The notes: generated from the sequence alone by a model not told the origin. 61,170 nucleotides of DNA, filler included, from 5 parts of 5 records of this genome joined end to end with filler, not necessarily neighbours in it, one strand, 5' to 3'. Counted from the whole stretch's first letter, positions 21,338-32,351 are shown. A program made the numbers and translations.

Positions 21338-22327
21338 ATGAGCATGATGAGTAAAATTTTAGGCGCAACAGCTGCATTTGCGCTAAGCGCAGGGGCCGCA
21401 TTGGCAGAACCTGCGCTAATCTTTGACCTAGGCGGTAAATTTGACAAATCATTCAACGAAGCTGCGTTTAACGGCGCAACACGTTGGGCAGAAGAAACAG
21501 GTGGATCATTCCGCGAAATCGAACTGCAATCCGAAGCACAGCGTGAACAAGCGCTACGTCGTTTTGCCGAAGCGGGCGCAAACCCAATCGTGATGGCAGG
21601 CTTTGCCTTTGCAACTGCGTTGGATTCTGTCGCTGCAGACTATCCTGACACGAAATTCACAATCATCGACATGGTTGTTGATAAACCAAACGTGCGTTCA
21701 GTGGTCTTTAACGAACACGAAGGATCATACCTTGTTGGTATGATGGCTGCAAAAGCCTCTAAATCGGGCACTGTCGGATTTATCGGCGGTATGGACATCC
21801 CATTGATCCGCAAATTCGCATGCGGATACGTCCAAGGTGTAAAAGCGGTCAACCCAAGCGCAACAGTCATTCAAAACATGACAGGCACAACACCAGCGGC
21901 ATGGAACGATCCACTAAAAGGGTCTGAGTTGACCAAGGCACAAATCGCACAAGGTGCGGATGTTGTTTACGCAGCAGCGGGTGGCACAGGCGTTGGCGTT
22001 CTGCAAACAGCCGCGGACGAAGGCATTTTGTCAATCGGTGTGGATAGCAACCAAAACTACATGCACTCAGGCAAGGTTTTGACATCTATGTTGAAGCGCG
22101 TTGATAATGCTGTTTACGACGCGTTCACACAAGGCGCAAACCTTGAAACAGGGTTCAACGTGATGGGGCTTGCTAACGGTGGCGTGGGTTACGCGATGGA
22201 TGAGCACAACGCATCATTGGTGAGCGCAGACATGCAAGCCTCTGTAGATGCAGCGGCAGGCCAAATTGCATCAGGCGCATTGTCAGTGCATGACTACATG
22301 TCAGACAACGCCTGCCCAGTCGAATAA
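21338..22327 (+). CDS. BMP family ABC transporter substrate-binding protein (nucleoside/purine type)
   Basis: Signal peptide; GGKFDKSFNE, EHEGSYLVG, IGVDSNQ, SMLKRVD. Confidence 0.9.
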   Translation: MSMMSKILGATAAFALSAGAALAEPALIFDLGGKFDKSFNEAAFNGATRWAEETGGSFREIELQSEAQREQALRRFAEAGANPIVMAGFAFATALDSVAADYPDTKFTIIDMVVDKPNVRSVVFNEHEGSYLVGMMAAKASKSGTVGFIGGMDIPLIRKFACGYVQGVKAVNPSATVIQNMTGTTPAAWNDPLKGSELTKAQIAQGADVVYAAAGGTGVGVLQTAADEGILSIGVDSNQNYMHSGKVLTSMLKRVDNAVYDAFTQGANLETGFNVMGLANGGVGYAMDEHNASLVSADMQASVDAAAGQIASGALSVHDYMSDNACPVE

Positions 22328-22332
22328 AAACG

Positions 22333-23895
22333 ATGAGCAATGCAAACACAGCGGGGCGGCAGGAAACTGCCGCCCCAGCCATTGAGCTTCGCGGCATTTC
22401 CAAAGCCTTTGGCCCTGTTCAAGCGAACAACGATATTTCAATCCGCGTGATGCCTGGCACTATCCACGGGATCATTGGCGAAAACGGCGCGGGCAAATCG
22501 ACGTTAATGTCGATCCTTTTTGGTTATTACAAAGCCGATGCTGGTGAAATTTTCATCAGCGGTCAAAAAACACAAATACCCGATAGTCAGGCAGCAATCG
22601 CCGCAGGCATCGGAATGGTATTTCAACACTTTAAATTGGTTCAGAATTTCACAGTTCTGGAAAACGTTATTTTAGGTGCCGAGGATGGCGCCCTACTGAA
22701 TATGTCCCTTCGCAATGCGCGCGCAACATTGCGCCAATTGGCCCAAGAATACGAGCTTGAGGTCGATCCAGATGCCATGATCGAGGACCTGTCTGTTGGG
22801 CACCAACAGCGTGTCGAAATCTTAAAGGCGTTGTACCGTCAGGCGGAAATTCTAATCCTGGACGAACCAACAGGCGTCTTAACCCCCTCTGAGGCCGATC
22901 AACTTTTCCGTATCCTGCGCCGCCTGCGGGAAGAGGGGAAAACAATCATCCTAATTACGCATAAATTGCGTGAAATTATGGACATCACCGATACCGTGTC
23001 AGTTATGCGACGTGGGGAAATGACAGCAACGGTGAAAACCAGCGAAACCAACCCCCAAGAATTGGCCGAGCTTATGGTCGGGCGCAAAGTTTTGTTACGC
23101 GTAGACAAAGCGCCAGCACAGCCAAAAAACGTTGTTCTAGAAATCGAAAATCTGCGCGTCATCGACGATGCAGGCGTCGAACGCGTCAAGGGGATCAACC
23201 TGAATTTGCGTGCGGGTGAAGTTCTGGGAATTGCGGGGGTCGCTGGTAATGGGCAATCAGAATTGCTTGAGGTGTTGGGCGGATACCAGACCGCAAGCGG
23301 TAAGATCACCGTAAACGGACAGGAAATCGACCTAACAGGTAAGAAATCAGACGGTCAATCCCGCCGCGCCCGTGGCATTGCCCACGTTCCAGAAGATCGC
23401 CAAAGCGAAGGTTTGATCATGGATTATACCGCGTGGGAAAACGTTGTTTTTGGCTATCATGGGGACCCACAATTCCAATCAGGCTTGTTCATGAACAACG
23501 CAGCAATCAAGGAAGATGCAGCGGGCAAGATGGAACGTTTTGACGTGCGTCCGCCTAATCCGCGATTGATGGCCAAAAATTTCTCTGGTGGAAACCAGCA
23601 AAAAATCGTTGTGGCCCGCGAAATTGAACGGGATCCAGATATCTTATTGGTGGGCCAACCTACACGCGGTGTTGATATTGGTGCCATCGAATTCATGCAC
23701 AAACAAATCATTGCGCTGCGCGATCGCGGCAAAGCGATCTTGCTTGTATCTGTCGAATTGGATGAGGTCCTGTCGCTGTCTGATCGGATCGCAGTGATGT
23801 TTGATGGCCAAATCATGGGCGAACGCCTGCCACAAAACACGGACGAGCGCGAATTGGGGCTGTGGATGGCCGGCGTAAAAGAGGAGGCAAACTGA
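22333..23895 (+). CDS. ABC transporter ATP-binding protein (two NBDs, CUT2/nucleoside type)
   Basis: GENGAGKST, ILDEPT, FSGGNQQK. Confidence 0.93.
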   Translation: MSNANTAGRQETAAPAIELRGISKAFGPVQANNDISIRVMPGTIHGIIGENGAGKSTLMSILFGYYKADAGEIFISGQKTQIPDSQAAIAAGIGMVFQHFKLVQNFTVLENVILGAEDGALLNMSLRNARATLRQLAQEYELEVDPDAMIEDLSVGHQQRVEILKALYRQAEILILDEPTGVLTPSEADQLFRILRRLREEGKTIILITHKLREIMDITDTVSVMRRGEMTATVKTSETNPQELAELMVGRKVLLRVDKAPAQPKNVVLEIENLRVIDDAGVERVKGINLNLRAGEVLGIAGVAGNGQSELLEVLGGYQTASGKITVNGQEIDLTGKKSDGQSRRARGIAHVPEDRQSEGLIMDYTAWENVVFGYHGDPQFQSGLFMNNAAIKEDAAGKMERFDVRPPNPRLMAKNFSGGNQQKIVVAREIERDPDILLVGQPTRGVDIGAIEFMHKQIIALRDRGKAILLVSVELDEVLSLSDRIAVMFDGQIMGERLPQNTDERELGLWMAGVKEEAN

Positions 23896-24989
23896 TGCAA
23901 AAAATGCCAGTTTGGGCCGATGTCATCTTAATTCCACTTGTGTCGCTATTGCTTGCGGCCTTGCTGTCAGCAGCTGTGATCGTGGGCATTGGCGAAGATC
24001 CCCAAGCCGCGTTAAAACTTATGATTTCTGGCGCGCTTGGATCAACCTATGGATGGGGTTACACGCTATATTATGCGACGAACTTTATCTTTACGGGGTT
24101 GGCGGTATCTGTCGCCTTTCATGCGAAATTGTTCAACATCGGCGGCGAAGGTCAGGCGATGTTGGGCGGCCTTGGTGTCGCGCTCGTCGCGCTTTATATC
24201 CCTTGGCCACATTGGAGTGTTGCGCTAATCGGTTGCACCATTGGGGCCGCATTGCTTGGGGCCGCATGGGCCTATGTCCCCGCGATTTTGCAGGCAAAAC
24301 GTGGATCACATATCGTGATCACCACGATTATGTTCAACTTTATCGCGTTTGCCTTGCTGAACTATTTGTTGGTAAACGTTATGCGTCCCGCTGGGTCTAT
24401 GGACCCAGCAACGGCAAGTTTCCCAGAGGCCACGCATCTGCCAACCTTGCACATGCTACTTGAACCTTTTGGCATCAAATTTTCCAAGGCCGCGCCCGCC
24501 AATGTCAGTTTAGTTGTGGCCCTATTGGCAGCTGTCTTTGTGTGGCTGCTTATTTGGCGCACGCGCTTGGGCTATGAAATTCGCGCCTTTGGGCATTCTG
24601 AATCCGCCGCAAGATATGCAGGGATTAATCCGGTTAGGATCACTGTAATCGCGATGATGGTGTCAGGTGCCCTTGCGGGTATGATGTCGCTGAACACAAC
24701 CATGGGCGAAGGTGAACGGTTGATCCTGAATTCGACCGAGGGCGCAGGATTTATTGGGATCGCTGTCGCACTGATGGGTCGTAGCCATCCTGTTGGTGTT
24801 GTTGTTGCCTCAATCCTCTTTGGCTTCCTCTATCAGGGTGGGGCTGAATTGGCACTTTGGACCAGTATCCCACGTGACTTGATCGTCGTCATTCAGGCCT
24901 TGGTCATTCTTTTTACAGGTGCGCTGGATAACATGGTGCGCATGCCGCTGGAACGCTTGTTCCTGATGTTTGGCCGCAAGGAGGGTTAA
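23895..24989 (+). CDS. ABC transporter permease
   Basis: FNIGGEGQ, GFIGIAVALMG; multi-TM; TGATG overlap with the ATPase. Confidence 0.9.
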   Translation: MQKMPVWADVILIPLVSLLLAALLSAAVIVGIGEDPQAALKLMISGALGSTYGWGYTLYYATNFIFTGLAVSVAFHAKLFNIGGEGQAMLGGLGVALVALYIPWPHWSVALIGCTIGAALLGAAWAYVPAILQAKRGSHIVITTIMFNFIAFALLNYLLVNVMRPAGSMDPATASFPEATHLPTLHMLLEPFGIKFSKAAPANVSLVVALLAAVFVWLLIWRTRLGYEIRAFGHSESAARYAGINPVRITVIAMMVSGALAGMMSLNTTMGEGERLILNSTEGAGFIGIAVALMGRSHPVGVVVASILFGFLYQGGAELALWTSIPRDLIVVIQALVILFTGALDNMVRMPLERLFLMFGRKEG

Positions 24990-24992
24990 CGG

Positions 24993-25652
24993 ATGTTTGA
25001 TGTTTTAACCGATCTTCTGACCGTCCTTGATTCAACCATGCGCCTCTCAACGCCATTGTTGTTGGCCTGTCTGGCGGGATTGTTTTCCGAACGGGCCGGA
25101 ATTTTCGATATCGGGCTTGAGGGCAAAATGCTGGCCGCGGCCTTCTTTTCTGCGGCATTTGCCTATGTGACGGGAAATGTTTGGTTGGGGTTGGCCGCTG
25201 GGATCGGGGCGTCGATGCTATTATCCCTGCTCCATGGTGTGGCGTCGATCACGTTTCGCGGCAATCAACTTATCTCGGGTGTTGCGATCAACTTTCTTGC
25301 GGCGGGTATGACCGTATTGATCGCCCAAAGTTGGTTTAAACAAGGGGGCCGTACGCCTGCGCTGCTAAGTGGCGGTCGATTTGAAAATATAACTCTGCCC
25401 TTCGCTGATACCTTGAGTGTCGTTCCAATCATCGGTCCGTTTTATAAAGAGGTGGTCTCGGGCCACACAATCTTGGTCTATGTCGCATTGTTGATGGTGC
25501 CGCTTACGTGGTGGGTTTTATTCAGAACGCGTTTCGGGCTACGTTTGCGTGCCGTAGGCGAAGCCCCAGAGGCGGTCGACACCGCAGGTGTGTCCGTCAT
25601 TGGCATGCGTTATAGCGCAGTGATTATTTGTGGTGTCTTATGCGGGATCGCT
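24993..25652 (+). CDS. ABC transporter permease (3' truncated at contig end)
   Basis: SERAGIFDIGLEG, GLRLRAVGE. Confidence 0.88.
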
Positions 25653-25752
25653 NNNNNNNNNNNNNNNNNNNNNNNNNNNNNNNNNNNNNNNNNNNNTTAA
25701 TTAATTAANNNNNNNNNNNNNNNNNNNNNNNNNNNNNNNNNNNNNNNNNNNN
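25653..25752. other. Artificial contig spacer
   Basis: 44 N + TTAATTAATTAA (stops in all six frames) + 44 N. Confidence 0.99.
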
Positions 25753-26443
25753 GGCGGAAGTGGGGGACGTGGTACCGGACGGGCCTGCGGATAACGCAGG
25801 CATTAAAAAAGGAGACAAGATTCTAGCGATTGATAATGAGTCAGTATTGGATTGGGGAGATTTTGTTCGTGTGATTTCAGGCTCACCCGGGAAATCACTT
25901 TCCTTGGCGATCCAAAGGCAAGGTGAAGGTGTCTTGGTTAATGTTGTTCCCGAATCGATGCAGGCTGAAGGGCAGTCGATTGGGCGTATTGGTGTGTTTG
26001 CACCGCCACCGCCAGCGCTTGATAAGTTTATGGTGACGGTTCGGTATGGATTATTCGAAAGCATATCTAGAGCGATTGATACCACTTGGCTAATGAGTGC
26101 CGTCACGGTGCAGTTATTTGGAAAAATGCTGACCGGAGGGGCATCAAGGGAACACTTGAGCGGCCCGATCTCGATTGCCCGGTACGCGGGTCAATCTGCA
26201 GATTTGGGGATCGCACAATTTTTGGCTTTTCTTGCCGTTTTAAGCGTCAGTCTTGGCATTCTTAATTTACTGCCAATACCGGTGCTTGATGGCGGCCATT
26301 TAGTCTATTTTCTCATCGAAGGGGTTACGCGGAGGCCGGTGCCTGAAGTCGTGATGTATTGGGGTCAGCAGATCGGTATCGGGATAATTGTCCTTCTGAT
26401 GGGACTTGCGTTTTATAATGACCTTATCAGCCTCTTCAGGTAA
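25753..26443 (+). CDS. rseP: RIP metalloprotease RseP (5' truncated)
   Basis: PDZ segment, LSGPISIA, NLLPIPVLDGGH; upstream of bamA. Confidence 0.93.
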
Positions 26444-26448
26444 TCGCT

Positions 26449-28752
26449 ATGCTTAAAAGTCCCCCATCAAAGTGGGCCACTCGCCTCTTTTTTCTTTGGC
26501 TGCTTTCGTCGATAAGTTTTATTGCGCGGGCGGACTTTGTGGTCAGCGATATTCGAGTCGAAGGCGCCCAAAATATAGAAGTCGGCACGATTTTCAATTA
26601 TCTCCCGATCAAGGTTGGAGATGTCGCTGATGACGCACTCGTTAACGATGCGATCAAAACGCTTTTTGCGACAGGATTCTTTAGAGACGTTGAAGTACGG
26701 CGCGACGGAGACACGCTAATAGTGGTTGTGGCTGAGCGACCTGCCATTGCGGGTATTGAATTTTCCGGAAACAAGGAAATAAAAGACGAGCAAATCCAAG
26801 AAGTCCTCGGGCAAGCCGGGGTCATTGAGGGCCGGGTGTTCAGAGAGGCATTGCTGGACCAATTGGTTAAGTCAATTGAAGAGAACTATTTCAGTAAGGG
26901 CCGCTACTCGGCTCAGGTCGACACCGTGGTGACACCGCTGGATCTAAATCGGGTTGCAGTTACCATTACGATTGACGAGGGCAGGGTTGCTCGAATCCGA
27001 GAGATCAACATCATTGGAAATGAGATTTTTTCTGATAAGGAATTAAAGTCGGAAATGACATTGGGCGTGGAGAGCTGGCATAGTTTCCTGTCGCAATCCG
27101 GTCAATACAGCAAGGAGGAATTGCTAGCCGATCTTGAAACTTTAAGAAGCTTCTATCTTGATCGGGGCTATATGGATTTTGATCTTTTGTCGTCGGACGT
27201 CTCGATTAGCCAAAATAAGCAAGATCTCTTCATCTCATTATCGATTTCGGAAGGAAGTCTATTTACCGTTCGTGATATCGAGGTTGAAAGCGGCGGTGGG
27301 TTTTCTGCGGACGACCTGAAAGCTAAAATTACAATGCCAGTTGGAGAGGCGTTTTCGCAGAGAGATCTTGTTGCCTCGCGAACGGCAATTGAAACGTTAC
27401 TGTCGGAAAAAGGCTACGCCTTCGCGAATGTTAACGCGATCACTGAGATTGACGAAGCCACTCGAGAAGTCGATTTTATCTTTGCGGTCGACCCTGGTCC
27501 TTTGGTTTATGTTCGAAAGATTAATATCGGCGGAAATCAGTCGACCCTCGATGAGACCATCCGGCGCGAGATGCGCCAGCTTGAATCATCGGTTTTTTCT
27601 GCCGAAAAGATCAGACGTTCTCGTGAGCGCATTAATCGACTTGGATTTTTTGATGATGTAAGAATCGATGTCGTCCCTGTGCCTGGCGCAACCGACCAGG
27701 TGGATCTTGCAGTGGTTGTGAAGGAGCGTTCGACCGGCAACTTTATGTTCGGAGCGGGTTATGCTGATTCGGACGGGCTTTTCATTGTCGCTCAAGTACA
27801 TCGGGGTAATCTGTTTGGTACGGGTCGAGAGATCAGGTTTGATGCAGAGGTGTCAAAAGTCGATCAAATTTTTGATATTGAATACCGAAACCCTTATGTC
27901 ACCGCCGAAGGTGTCAGTCGATCACTTTTTGTGAATCGCGCCAAAACGGATACCGACTCAGTCATTACTGCAGATTATCTATCTGAAACGACCGGGGGTG
28001 GACTTCGATACAGCATTCCAATGTCGGAATACAATTCACTGTCACTGAGTCTCGCAGCGGAAGATATTCAGCTTGAGGGCACATCCACCACGCCGCCCGA
28101 ATATCAATCATTCATCGACCGCTACCCGGACAGTTTAAATTTCAACCTATCTTCTGCTTTTTCAAAAGATACTCGCGACAGCATCTTTTTTCCCCAAAAA
28201 GGCTTCTATCGTCGGGCGTCGGTCGAAGCTGCTGTGCCCGGCAGTGATCTCGAGTATTACAAACTCTCGTTAAAAGGGAGCTTCTATCTAAATCTGGTTG
28301 GAAAGTTGATTTTAAACTTGAGGGGAGACCTCGGCTATGGCGCCGGATATGGCGATTTGAATGAGCTCCCATTTTTTAAGAACTACTACGCGGGTGGCGC
28401 TTCAACAGTGCGCGGATTTGAGTCAAGATCGCTGGGGCCGATTAGTTCGGGTGCGGATCAAGAGCCACTCGGTGGCGCCTTAAGGACGGTTGCGAACGCC
28501 GAGTTATTTTTCCCCGTACCGGGTTTTACGGATGGACAGGATAAAAGACTGAGTCTTTTCGCGGATTCGGGCCAGGTATTTGCAGCAACATCTGACTTTG
28601 ATGTCGGTGATGTCAGACTCAGCTTAGGCGGTGGATTCCATTGGTTTTCACCTGTTGGACCTATTTCACTCACCTATGCCTTTCCCATCAATGATGAAGC
28701 AGGCGACGATACGAAAAAGTTCCAGTTTACGCTTGGAAGTCTAGTTCGATAA
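26449..28752 (+). CDS. bamA: Outer membrane protein assembly factor BamA
   Basis: Signal peptide, POTRA repeats, VRGF motif, SPVGPI, terminal FQFTLG. Confidence 0.96.
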   Translation: MLKSPPSKWATRLFFLWLLSSISFIARADFVVSDIRVEGAQNIEVGTIFNYLPIKVGDVADDALVNDAIKTLFATGFFRDVEVRRDGDTLIVVVAERPAIAGIEFSGNKEIKDEQIQEVLGQAGVIEGRVFREALLDQLVKSIEENYFSKGRYSAQVDTVVTPLDLNRVAVTITIDEGRVARIREINIIGNEIFSDKELKSEMTLGVESWHSFLSQSGQYSKEELLADLETLRSFYLDRGYMDFDLLSSDVSISQNKQDLFISLSISEGSLFTVRDIEVESGGGFSADDLKAKITMPVGEAFSQRDLVASRTAIETLLSEKGYAFANVNAITEIDEATREVDFIFAVDPGPLVYVRKINIGGNQSTLDETIRREMRQLESSVFSAEKIRRSRERINRLGFFDDVRIDVVPVPGATDQVDLAVVVKERSTGNFMFGAGYADSDGLFIVAQVHRGNLFGTGREIRFDAEVSKVDQIFDIEYRNPYVTAEGVSRSLFVNRAKTDTDSVITADYLSETTGGGLRYSIPMSEYNSLSLSLAAEDIQLEGTSTTPPEYQSFIDRYPDSLNFNLSSAFSKDTRDSIFFPQKGFYRRASVEAAVPGSDLEYYKLSLKGSFYLNLVGKLILNLRGDLGYGAGYGDLNELPFFKNYYAGGASTVRGFESRSLGPISSGADQEPLGGALRTVANAELFFPVPGFTDGQDKRLSLFADSGQVFAATSDFDVGDVRLSLGGGFHWFSPVGPISLTYAFPINDEAGDDTKKFQFTLGSLVR

Positions 28753-28758
28753 TTGAGA

Positions 28759-29286
28759 ATGAATATGAAACTGATCTCTAGGTTTTTAAAAAGGATATCG
28801 ACCGCTGTTTTGATCACAGCAGTCGTCCTGCCTGCCGTTAGCGCGCAGAGCGTTACCCGAATAGGATTTGTGGACCCTGTTCGCTTGATTGAGCAAGCGC
28901 CCCAAGGCGCTAAGGCGCTTGAAAGTCTGGAAGATGAGTTCCGGACCCGGGAAGAAGAGCTCAAGAATCTTCATGATCGTGTTCAGACAATGGAGGCTGA
29001 TCTAGAGAAAAACATCCTTGTTATGGATGCGACTGACGCTCAAACGAGACAACGGGAGATTGAAAATCTTAAGCGTCGGCTTGCCCGTTCTCAGCAAGAA
29101 GCCAGAGAAGACTATAATCTCCGGCGGAACGAGGAGCTTGCAAAACTTCAGACGCTGGTTCGACAGGTCATCGTCGATCTCGCTCGAGATCAAGGCTTTG
29201 ACTTAGTGGTCGAGCAAGCCGTGTACGTTAGCGACACCGTAGACATTACAGAGCAGGTTTTGGAGGTTCTTCAAAAACTCCCTTAA
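28759..29286 (+). CDS. skp: OmpH/Skp periplasmic chaperone
   Basis: Signal peptide, RIGFVD, coiled coil, DITEQVL; follows bamA (exact start uncertain). Confidence 0.9.
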   Translation: MNMKLISRFLKRISTAVLITAVVLPAVSAQSVTRIGFVDPVRLIEQAPQGAKALESLEDEFRTREEELKNLHDRVQTMEADLEKNILVMDATDAQTRQREIENLKRRLARSQQEAREDYNLRRNEELAKLQTLVRQVIVDLARDQGFDLVVEQAVYVSDTVDITEQVLEVLQKLP

Positions 29287-29381
29287 CCGGGTTTATTGTT
29301 ATCTTGAAGAGTTGGGATGCTTTTCTTCCCAATACGCCGTTGAAAGCGTCGCGCTGATGCGACAGTGATTGAGGAAGACCA

Positions 29382-29831
29382 TTGGAAAAAGAGATAGATA
29401 TTCACCGAATTCGGGAAATCCTTCCGCATCGCTACCCTTTCTTATTAGTCGACCGTGTGGTCTCATTGACCCCGGGAGAACGACTCACTGCGGTTAAGAA
29501 CGTAACGGCGAACGAACCATTTTTTGACGGGCATTTTCCCTATCGTCCCGTATTTCCGGGCGTTTTGATGCTTGAGAGTATTGCCCAGGCATCTGCGATT
29601 CTGGTGAGCTTGATTATCGACGCAAAGGCCAGCCAAAAAAATGTTTACCTTTTTGCGGGTGTCGATAAAGCCCGCTTTAAGGCGCCCGTTGAGCCCGGAG
29701 ATCAGTTACTGATTGAAGTTGCTTTAGAGGCTCAGCGCAGGGCACTCTGGAAATGCTCTGGAAAAATCACCGTCGATGGCCATACGGTGTGCTCCGCGGA
29801 TGTGCTTTTCACCCATAGGCCAATTGAGTGA
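29382..29831 (+). CDS. fabZ: 3-hydroxyacyl-ACP dehydratase
   Basis: LPHRYPFLLVDR, EPFFDGHFP..PVFPGVL. Confidence 0.97.
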   Translation: MEKEIDIHRIREILPHRYPFLLVDRVVSLTPGERLTAVKNVTANEPFFDGHFPYRPVFPGVLMLESIAQASAILVSLIIDAKASQKNVYLFAGVDKARFKAPVEPGDQLLIEVALEAQRRALWKCSGKITVDGHTVCSADVLFTHRPIE

Positions 29832-30604
29832 TCGATTCGAAAGCGGTAATCGACCAAAACGCAGACCTGGCTGCCGACGTTACCGTAGGGCCGTTCTCGG
29901 TAATTGAATCCGACGTTGAGATCGGTGCTGGCACTGATATTGGATCCCATGTGATTATCCGGTCGGGTACGCGAATTGGGGCGGGGAACAAGATCTATTC
30001 GTTTGCCTCTATTGGTGAAGATCCGCAGTTCGTTGGCTATGCGGGAGAGCCGACTCGGCTTGAAATCGGCGATCATAATATTATTCGGGAGTATGTAACC
30101 TTAAACCGCGGATCAAGTTCTTCAAGGGGCACTGGCACGACGACGATAGGAGATCATAATTTTATTATGGCGTATAGTCATGTTGCCCACGACAGTACGC
30201 TGGGGAGCCATATTATATTCGCCAACGGGGCCAGCCTTGCAGGACACGTCGAGGTGGGGGATTACGCAATTCTGGGAGGATTCACCCTCGTGCACCAATT
30301 TTGCGTCGTTGGCGCTCACGCGTTAACCGGTATCGGAACGGTCTGTTTAAAGGATGTCCCGCCGTATCTGATTGTCGCCGGAAACCCTTCCAAGACCTAC
30401 GGGGTCAATGTAAGAGGATTAAGGCGCCGTAAATTTTCTGAGGAATCAATTTCAGATTTAAAAAGTGTATATAAAAGACTTTTCAGATCTCGCGCAGTGG
30501 ATCCGTCAATTAACTCTGAAGATATTGCATCGGGTCTTTCAGGGCATCATGGGGCGCTTCTTGAAACGTTTATCGCTCGTTCTGATCGCGGGGTTATTCG
30601 TTAA
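29828..30604 (+). CDS. lpxA: UDP-N-acetylglucosamine O-acyltransferase
   Basis: Hexapeptide repeats, IREYVTLNRG, HVAHD, LAGHV, VHQF. Confidence 0.95.
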   Translation: MIDSKAVIDQNADLAADVTVGPFSVIESDVEIGAGTDIGSHVIIRSGTRIGAGNKIYSFASIGEDPQFVGYAGEPTRLEIGDHNIIREYVTLNRGSSSSRGTGTTTIGDHNFIMAYSHVAHDSTLGSHIIFANGASLAGHVEVGDYAILGGFTLVHQFCVVGAHALTGIGTVCLKDVPPYLIVAGNPSKTYGVNVRGLRRRKFSEESISDLKSVYKRLFRSRAVDPSINSEDIASGLSGHHGALLETFIARSDRGVIR

Positions 30605-30616
30605 AAGGGAGGGGAA

Positions 30617-31768
30617 TTGGATTCAATGCTTCGTCTAGGTCTTGTTGCGGCCGAGCCCTCTGGAGACCGTCTTGGCGCGGGTGTCGTCGACGCCTTGCGT
30701 CGAAAAGGCGTTTCCCTGGATCTCGTTGGGATTGGCGGACCGGAGCTGGTTAATAGGGGTCTCAACAGTCGATGCGATATTCATGATCTGTCCATGATGG
30801 GTATCGACGATATCTTTAGAAAACTGCCAAAAGCGTTTAACGTAAGACGAAAATTATTGGGTGATTTAAAAGCCCACCCGCCTCATGTCTTTCTTGGCAT
30901 TGATGCGCCTGATTTTAATCTGTCACTCGAGCGAAAATTGAAAACTGCGGGGCACCCAGTGCTCCATCTGGTCAGCCCCACTGTTTGGGCATGGCGACAA
31001 TATCGAGTTCGAAAAATCCGGAAAGCCGTTGACCGAATGTTGGTTCTGTTTCCCTTCGAGGAGACGTTTTATTCCGCCCGTGGCATCCCTGCAACCTTTG
31101 TAGGGCATCCGGCCGCGGCTGAAATGAAATTGGTTGATAAACATTCTGCCCGCGCGCAATTGGGCTTTAAATCTACACAAAAGATAGTAGCTATTTTACC
31201 CGGCAGTCGGGAGTCGGAGATCCGAGGCTTAGGAAAAATTTTTATGGACACCATCCACATGCTGTCCATCGCCGACCCTGATTTAGAGTTTGTCCTGCCT
31301 TTCGCAAGCTCGCGGGTCCGGAAACAGTTTCTGGAATATGTGCCCGAAGATCAAATCCCTTCTAGCGTCAGGATGCTTGATGGTCAGGCCCGTGTGGCGC
31401 TGGCAGCAAGCGATGTCGCGCTTCTTGCATCCGGTACGGCAGCACTAGAAGCGGCACTTGCCGGTTGCCCGATGGTCGTGGCCTATCGAGTCTCTAATGT
31501 GTCTTATCGATTGGCGCGGCTTTTGGCCAAAACAAAAATTGTATCCATGCCAAACCACCTGATGGATCCACCAATCGTTGCGGAATTTCTTCAACATGAC
31601 GCCACGCCACGTAATTTGATGAATGCAGTGAGGGAGTTACTCGATCAACCGGGTCAGGCTGAAGCGATGAGATCCACGCTTCTAGAAATTCAAACCCAGC
31701 TGGACATGGACACCGATAATATAGTCGCAGATGAAGTCCTGGCTGCGGCAAGGGGATTTCAAACTTGA
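30617..31768 (+). CDS. lpxB: Lipid-A-disaccharide synthase
   Basis: EPSGD, IDAPDFN, SPTVWAWR, LPGSR, SGTAALE. Confidence 0.96.
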   Translation: MDSMLRLGLVAAEPSGDRLGAGVVDALRRKGVSLDLVGIGGPELVNRGLNSRCDIHDLSMMGIDDIFRKLPKAFNVRRKLLGDLKAHPPHVFLGIDAPDFNLSLERKLKTAGHPVLHLVSPTVWAWRQYRVRKIRKAVDRMLVLFPFEETFYSARGIPATFVGHPAAAEMKLVDKHSARAQLGFKSTQKIVAILPGSRESEIRGLGKIFMDTIHMLSIADPDLEFVLPFASSRVRKQFLEYVPEDQIPSSVRMLDGQARVALAASDVALLASGTAALEAALAGCPMVVAYRVSNVSYRLARLLAKTKIVSMPNHLMDPPIVAEFLQHDATPRNLMNAVRELLDQPGQAEAMRSTLLEIQTQLDMDTDNIVADEVLAAARGFQT

Positions 31769-32331
31769 TTATTGCGGGTGTCGACGAGGTCGGAAGGGGG
31801 CCTTTGGCCGGCCCGGTCGTTGCGGCGGCAGTCATACTTCCTGAGAAAAGCGAATTATCGGGTACTGTCTTAAGGGATTCGAAGCAGTTAACTGAAAAAC
31901 AACGATACAAGCTGTCAGCTAAAATTCGCCGGATGTCGATAGCCTGGTTTTTGGGTGCCGCAAGCCCCGTCGAAGTCGATTCATTGAATATCCATCATGC
32001 GACGTTACTGGCGATGCGTCGGGCCATTATCGGGTTAACTACGCTTCCTGATTTTATCCTAGTCGATGGTAAGTTTCTGCCCGATATAAAGATTCCGGGT
32101 CGTGCGGTTGTGGGGGGTGATGGGTTAGAAGAAGCAATTTCCGCAGCATCAATTGTGGCCAAGGTTTATAGAGATCAATACATGAAGTGGGTTGACCGTG
32201 TTTTCCCAGGCTATGCGTTTGCCCGACACAAAGGGTATCCTACCCGGGGGCACTTGGACGCACTTCGGTTGCTGGGACCCTGCGCTGTCCATCGACGTTC
32301 TTTCGCTCCTGTAAAAGCATTAATTAACTAG
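31765..32331 (+). CDS. rnhB: Ribonuclease HII
   Basis: GVDEVGRGPLAGPV, DSK, AASIVAKV, HRRSF. Confidence 0.97.
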   Translation: MIIAGVDEVGRGPLAGPVVAAAVILPEKSELSGTVLRDSKQLTEKQRYKLSAKIRRMSIAWFLGAASPVEVDSLNIHHATLLAMRRAIIGLTTLPDFILVDGKFLPDIKIPGRAVVGGDGLEEAISAASIVAKVYRDQYMKWVDRVFPGYAFARHKGYPTRGHLDALRLLGPCAVHRRSFAPVKALIN

Positions 32332-32351
32332 CTCAGACTGAACACCAAAAA

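Noticed and set aside
25697-25708. TTAATTAATTAA repeated four times in the window
   Set aside because: Synthetic six-frame stop linker inside N runs, not a biological repeat
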